Source of the DNA: Patescibacteria group bacterium
GTDB lineage: Bacteria > Patescibacteriota > Gracilibacteria > BD1-5 > UBA2023
NCBI GenBank assembly: GCA_031539225.1
Contig: JAVKLJ010000001.1
Location: forward strand, 19,791-83,790
Reading direction: 5' to 3'
DNA: 64,000 nucleotides
The notes below the pieces were generated by a model that did not search any database, was not told the DNA's origin, and was given only the letters and a program-made list of their open reading frames with translations. This document shows positions 58,869 through 64,000 of the stretch, one piece after another (position 1 is the first letter of the stretch; every line of letters starts with the position of its first letter). The position numbers were made by a program, and so were the translations under genes.

Positions 58869-60257
58869 ATGAAAGAACGCATTATAAATGAGAACGATCT
58901 AGAAAACATGCTAAGTAGAAAAGAATGACACTTTTATGATAATAAAGCTATTCAAATTGGTTGAGAGAAAATTCAAAAAATATGTGTTGCATTCGCAAAT
59001 GCAGATGGATGAGAATTTATAGTATGAATTAGAGATGAGAGTGAGCTATGAGAAAGACTCGAAGGGAGCACGGAGATGGAATCGTATAATGAAGTATTAC
59101 AAAATATTCAATCCATAAGCCCCTCAATACCACATGATATAGAATTCCTAAAGTTTGGTTCTAATTATTTATTAAGAGTAACTGTAGAGAAAAGTGATAA
59201 AGTACATAAAACTAGTGCATGAAAAGTCTATGTCAGAAAATGAGCACAATCACTTCCAATAACCGACCCTGAAAAGATATTGGCACTTTCTTATTCAAAA
59301 GGCGAATCTTCATACGAGGATACTATAGTAAAAGATGCAACTGCTGAAGATATCTTTGAATCAAAGGAAATAAGTGTTTTCTTGTCGCACTACTCTCCTC
59401 AAAGTGATAGTATTGATTATACAATTAATCAAAATCTTGTAGATAGGACTACTTATGAGCCAAGAACAGCAGGAATTCTTCTGTTTAACGATAATCCTGT
59501 TCCGTTACTTCCAAAAAGATGTTGAATAAAAATATCAAGATATGATACTTCTGAAGAAATACCTGAAAGAGAGCACTTAAAAGAACAGTTAACAATAGAA
59601 GGTTGTTTAAATGAGCAGATAAATGAATCCTCATCGAATATTCAACGCATAATGGAAAGTGTACAAATAATGTGAATAAAAGGACTAACTCATGCTAATT
59701 ATCCACCAGAAACAATTTGGGAAATACTTGTTAATGCAGTTATACATAGAGACTACTCAATTTCCGATGACATTCATATACTTATTTATAATAATAGAAT
59801 TGAAATAAAAAGTCCTTGACGACTCCCTTGATATGTAACTATTGAAAATATATTAGATGCTCGCTTTTCAAGAAACTCAAAAATAGTAAGAACTTTAAAT
59901 AAGTACCCTAATCCTCCAAATAAAGATATGGGAGAATGATTAAATACTGCCTTTCAGAAGATGGAAGAATTCAGATTAAGTAACCCTGTAATCTCGGAAG
60001 AATGAAATTATGTCAAAGTAACAATTCCCCATACACCTCTAGCATCCCCAGAAGAAAGAGTAATAAGTTACCTAAGAAATAACCCTCAAATTAGAAATAA
60101 GACCGCGCGAGAGCTAACATGAATAAAATCTGAAAATGTTATGAAAGAACATTTCTATACATTGAGAGATAAATGACTCATAATTCCTGTTAGAAGTACT
60201 TCTGTTGCGAAAAAAGTTATTGCATGGAAACTAGCAGAAAGCAATAATGAAGTCTAA
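58869..60257 (+). CDS. AlbA_2 (Schlafen-like) + HATPase_c_4 ATP-binding putative regulator (RecG-like annotation family)
   Basis: N-terminus [29 protein letters not shown] (AlbA_2). Centre [51 protein letters not shown] (HATPase_c_4). The C-terminus is wHTH-like ([20 protein letters not shown]). Fragment 59280 is in frame. Confidence 0.75.
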
Positions 60258-61356
60258 AAAAATCGCAATCATCTGTGACTGGCTCATCGACTTCTGATGA
60301 GCGGAACTCGTCATATCACACCTCCTCGAGATGTATCCTGAGGCGGATATATTTACGAGTGTGTGTTTTATGGAACACCCGATGCTCGAGGGACGAAGAG
60401 TCTATACAAGCTGGATTCAAAAAATCCCACTTTTGAATCGAAAACATAAACTCGCGGGAATACTGCGTCCGTGGGCATTTCGCTCTTTTGACCTCTCGAA
60501 ATATGATATACTCATCTCATCGAGTTCTGCCGAGGCAAAAAATGCTGGATTCTCAAAGAGAAAACCATGAGCAAAGCACTTTTGCTACTGTCATACACCC
60601 ACTCGCTACTATTGGAGCCATGCGAAGGAATATGAGGATATGATGGAATTTGGTTTTTGGAATCCCTTCGTAAAATCTATATTTCGTCTCGTGAAGTGAT
60701 GGATGCAAAAAATAGATTATGAAGCTGCGCAAAAAGTAGACTTTTTTATCGCCAATTCAGAAACGACCGCTGAGAGAATCAAAAAATACTATCATCGAGA
60801 TGCGGAAGTCATCTATCCATGAATCGATGAAACTGCATTTCGTTTATCTGAAATAAAAGGAGACTTTTATCTCGGGGTCTCTCGGTGTATCCCCTACAAG
60901 AAGCTCGACCTCCTCGTCGAAGCATTTAACCAAAATAAGAAAAATCTCATTCTCTGCACGAATACAGATAATCTCCTATATAGAGAACTCGTCGGAAAGT
61001 CATGAGCAAATATTACCTGGATTTTCACACCATCTCTCGAAGAAAAAACAAAACTCTATAGAGAAGCAAAGTCCTTTCTTTTTCCTCCAGAAGAAGACTT
61101 CGGACTCGTACCAGTCGAGGCGATGATGAGTGGAACTCCTGTAATCGCCTATGGAAAATGAGGTGGAACAGAGTCAGTCAGAGAATGAGAAACGGGGATA
61201 TTTTTCACTCCACAAACTCCAGAAGCACTCAATGAGGCAATAGAAAAATTCGAGAAAATGGAATGGAATAGCGAGAAAATACGAACACGAGGGATGGAGT
61301 TTTCGAAGAAAATATTTCAAGAAAAAATACAGTATTTCATACAATCACATGAATAA
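60247..61356 (+). CDS. GT4-family glycosyltransferase
   Basis: [25 protein letters not shown] and [29 protein letters not shown]. Overlaps the preceding gene by 11 nt. Confidence 0.82.
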
Positions 61357-62329
61357 TACAAAAAATATAGCATTCGTATCGCCTATCGGAAACGGTGGTC
61401 CAAGTGAACTCTATAAGACACTTGTGCCGCTCTTAAGTCATGAGCTATGAAAAGATTCTATCAATCTTGTCATGAGTACGAAAGAATGGATCAAACTACA
61501 CTTCTATGGAGGAAAGCATGATACCATCGTGAGTGTTCTTCCTTTTTTATGGAAGCCAAATTGTCAAAATTTTATCCTCAATATTCATGGTGACTATCGC
61601 GAAGATAGAGGATGGAAAAAACCTGGAGCGATACTGGCTTTTCTCTATCCATGGTCAGCGAGATTTGCTGATATGCTCATATTTCCGTCCGAATACCTCA
61701 GAAAAAAACTCAGTCTCCATCATAAAAATGAAAGAATAATCGGCAACATATGTGCCTTCCCGATACGAGGAACTCCAAAAGAAAAAGTATGAAATCCAAT
61801 AAAACTGATATCGACAACCAACTGGAATAATCCACAAAAAGCTGAGGCTATGCTCGCTCTCATAAAAACAATCGTAGAGCAAAAAGAAGTGGAAAATATC
61901 GAATGGACGATCACCGGATGATGAGACCTTTCCTATAAAGAAGAAATCGAATCAATAACAAAGAAAAATATATCCATAAAGATACAAACAGTTGGATTAC
62001 AAGAGAATAAAAAAATACAAGAACTCCTCGAAGAAAGCGACATATTTATCTATGCGACTTATGTGGAAACATTTGGAATTGCGATACTCGAAGCCGCAAG
62101 TCAATGACTCCCGCTCGTCCTTTTATCACATGATGCATTTTCATGACTCTGGAACGATGATGCCATTTTTCATCTCGACGATATGGCAAATGAGATAAAA
62201 AAACTCAAAGAAGATGAACTTTATTATAGAAACCGAAGTGAAGCGAGCCTCACTGATGCAAGAAAATTTAGAAAAGAAGCAATTATAGAGCTTTGGAAGA
62301 ATCTGTTCACAAATGAATCCGAGATATAA
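61349..62329 (+). CDS. GT-B glycosyltransferase (GT4-like)
   Basis: ATYVETFGIAILEAASQGLPLVL (EX7E-like). ATGAATAA overlap with the upstream gene. Fragment 61472 is in frame. Confidence 0.7.
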
Positions 62330-63431
62330 AATCCTCATGGATTTTTTCTAGGGAAAACTCTTTTTCCATTCTTTGTCTCGCCATTTTTCAAAATGATGTA
62401 AGTATGTCCGGATCAAAACACTGTATAAGTGTTTTTTTGATATCTCAGATTTCTAAAGATGGAAATATTAGTCCCGTTTCCCCATCCAAAATATAGTATC
62501 GAGCTCCGACTGTTGGACTCACGACTGCGGGTACTCATGAGGCATTTGCCTCAGGAACAACCATTCATACAGCTTCATTAAAACTTGGTAATACAAGAAG
62601 GTCGTATTTTTTGTAGATTTCGGGCATTTTCTCTGCTGGAACTTTTTCGAGAAATGTAACAAAATCTGCAAGTCACAAAGCCTGGACTTTTTCTCGAAGC
62701 TCATCCATCATATAGCCTCAGTTTCCAAGAAGGGAAAGATGAAAATTATCGTACCCATCATTTTTTAGCTCTGAAAGTGCACGAAAAAGAAGTTCATGAT
62801 TTTTGTATCAGACAAATCGGGCCACCATCAGTATCTCCAAGATACCATTCTGCATGAATATTTTATTCTCAGTTGGAAAATATATTTTTGTATCTATCGG
62901 GATAGGGAGTATCGAGACGAGATGCTTTTGGATTGAGTATGTATGAAAAAAATCTCTACCCATTTCTGAATAGACAAATATTCCAGATAAACGCGCTTGA
63001 AATATATACAATAAGAAAGTAAAAATACACAGTACAATACGAGGGAAAATACCACGAGGCAACATCTTTGTTTCAGAATAGAGAAAAATCTGTGTTTTCT
63101 TCGAAAAGAAAGAATATACAAGAGTCTGCCAAAAGTAGAGATTGTAATAATCCATCACCACAATAATATCAGGCGCAGTGACACGAAGAGATGATACAAG
63201 TCATGAAAAATATTTTGGTGGAGAAAGCTCAAGTCAAAAAATCCGATTCAACATATGAGTAAATCGCACGAAAAGAAAATCAAGAAAAATAATATCTACA
63301 TTTTCAGATATTTTTTCACGAATATCCCAGTCTGGATAGAGGACGACATCAAAATCAGAAAGCAAACTCCGAATAAGAGGAACATGCAAGTGATTTGGTC
63401 CAATACATGCGATTTTCTGTTTATGATTCAT
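62283..63431 (-). CDS. GT4-family glycosyltransferase
   Basis: Fragments 62808-63161 and 63234-63431 are in frame. The C-terminal half was translated through TGAs: LLVLPSFNEAVGMVVPEANASGVPAVVSPTVGARYYILDGETGLIF. The first TAA is at 62283, so it overlaps the convergent gene by 47 nt. Confidence 0.75.
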
Positions 63432-64000
63432 ATGTTTTTATGAGGTTTTTCCATTGCTGGAGGGATTTTTCGAGAGAGAAATATTCTGCGCGTTCTCGCA
63501 AAATAGATGGAAAGAAGCTAGAGGCATGCGTGTCGAAAGATTTTAGTACATCATAGAGTCCTTGTTCTTCGGGATTCATAGGTATATCGAGAGAAAGTTC
63601 TGATCCAGAAGATGGAGAAACTATATATCCATAGGGAGTCGTCATAGGTACAGCACCAGCAAGACTATCATGAATGAATCGAAGTGCTGGGATATCAGAT
63701 GAGATTATCGGAGTACCAAGTGCAAGAGACTCGAGAAATACGAGACCAAAAGATTCAGCAAGACTCGGAAGTACGAACGCAGTTGCACGAGTACAGTATA
63801 CCCATGGATTCGTTTGTACACCAAGAAGTCGGATATTTTTTTGAAGATTATATTTCTGGGTAAATGATTTTATAGTATCATACATATCACCATCCCCGAT
63901 GATAACAAGATATTTTTCTGGATTCTCTCGAACAAGAAAAGCAAAAACACGCAGGAGTCCCACCCATCATTTTTGAGCAGTAAAGCGACCGATAGAGAGA
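63421..64000 (-). CDS. GT4-family glycosyltransferase, 3' part (gene runs off the right edge)
   Basis: IGRFTAQKG.., VLPSLAESFGLVFLESLALGTPIISSDI. TAA stop at 63421. Overlaps the next gene's start by 11 nt. Confidence 0.8.

Overview
This is an AT-rich, tightly packed bacterial chromosomal segment. It only makes sense if TGA is read as glycine (translation table 25, as in Gracilibacteria/Absconditabacteria-type CPR bacteria). Under the standard code almost every recognisable gene breaks into same-frame pieces separated only by TGA. Read with TGA=Gly, the pieces fuse into about 55 complete genes, each closed by TAA or TAG. I re-translated the window by hand. Stop positions were checked against the supplied ORF frames, but start codons may be off by a few codons.

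Content, left to right:
- Type I R-M (hsdS', hsdM), tex, a NYN protein, and recR-ftsL-like-rsmH.
- An envelope block: LCP, class A PBP, ftsE, a MOP flippase, a 1106-aa polytopic membrane protein and murD.
- A 574-aa ORF invisible under the standard code, with RelA/SpoT-like motifs.
- murI, secD and an HD protein.
- A CIRCE-controlled groES-groEL operon with an extra trypco2-like ORF between the two genes.
- A cNMP-binding protein, an SH3b protein, clpC, an orphan OmpR-type regulator and murA.
- An SGNH hydrolase, a PfkB kinase and ahcY.
- A UvrD-type helicase-nuclease fusion, a HAD-like protein and a rhomboid protease.
- rpsO, a compact hrcA and an NfeD/SPFH pair.
- yvcK, leuS and a T4SS-pilin-like protein.
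- rpsF-ssb-rpsR, rpmG, obg and a WecB-like epimerase.
- An 831-aa multi-bPH membrane protein and an M48 protease.
- A glycosyltransferase cluster interrupted by an AlbA_2/ATPase gene.

I saw no rRNA, tRNA, CRISPR array or transposase. Intergenic regions carry a family of symmetric A-tract/stem/T-tract hairpins that look like bidirectional terminators. The points most worth follow-up are the recoding itself, the hidden RelA/SpoT-like gene, the trypco2-like insert in groESL, and an unassigned 0.5-kb locus between rpmG and obg.
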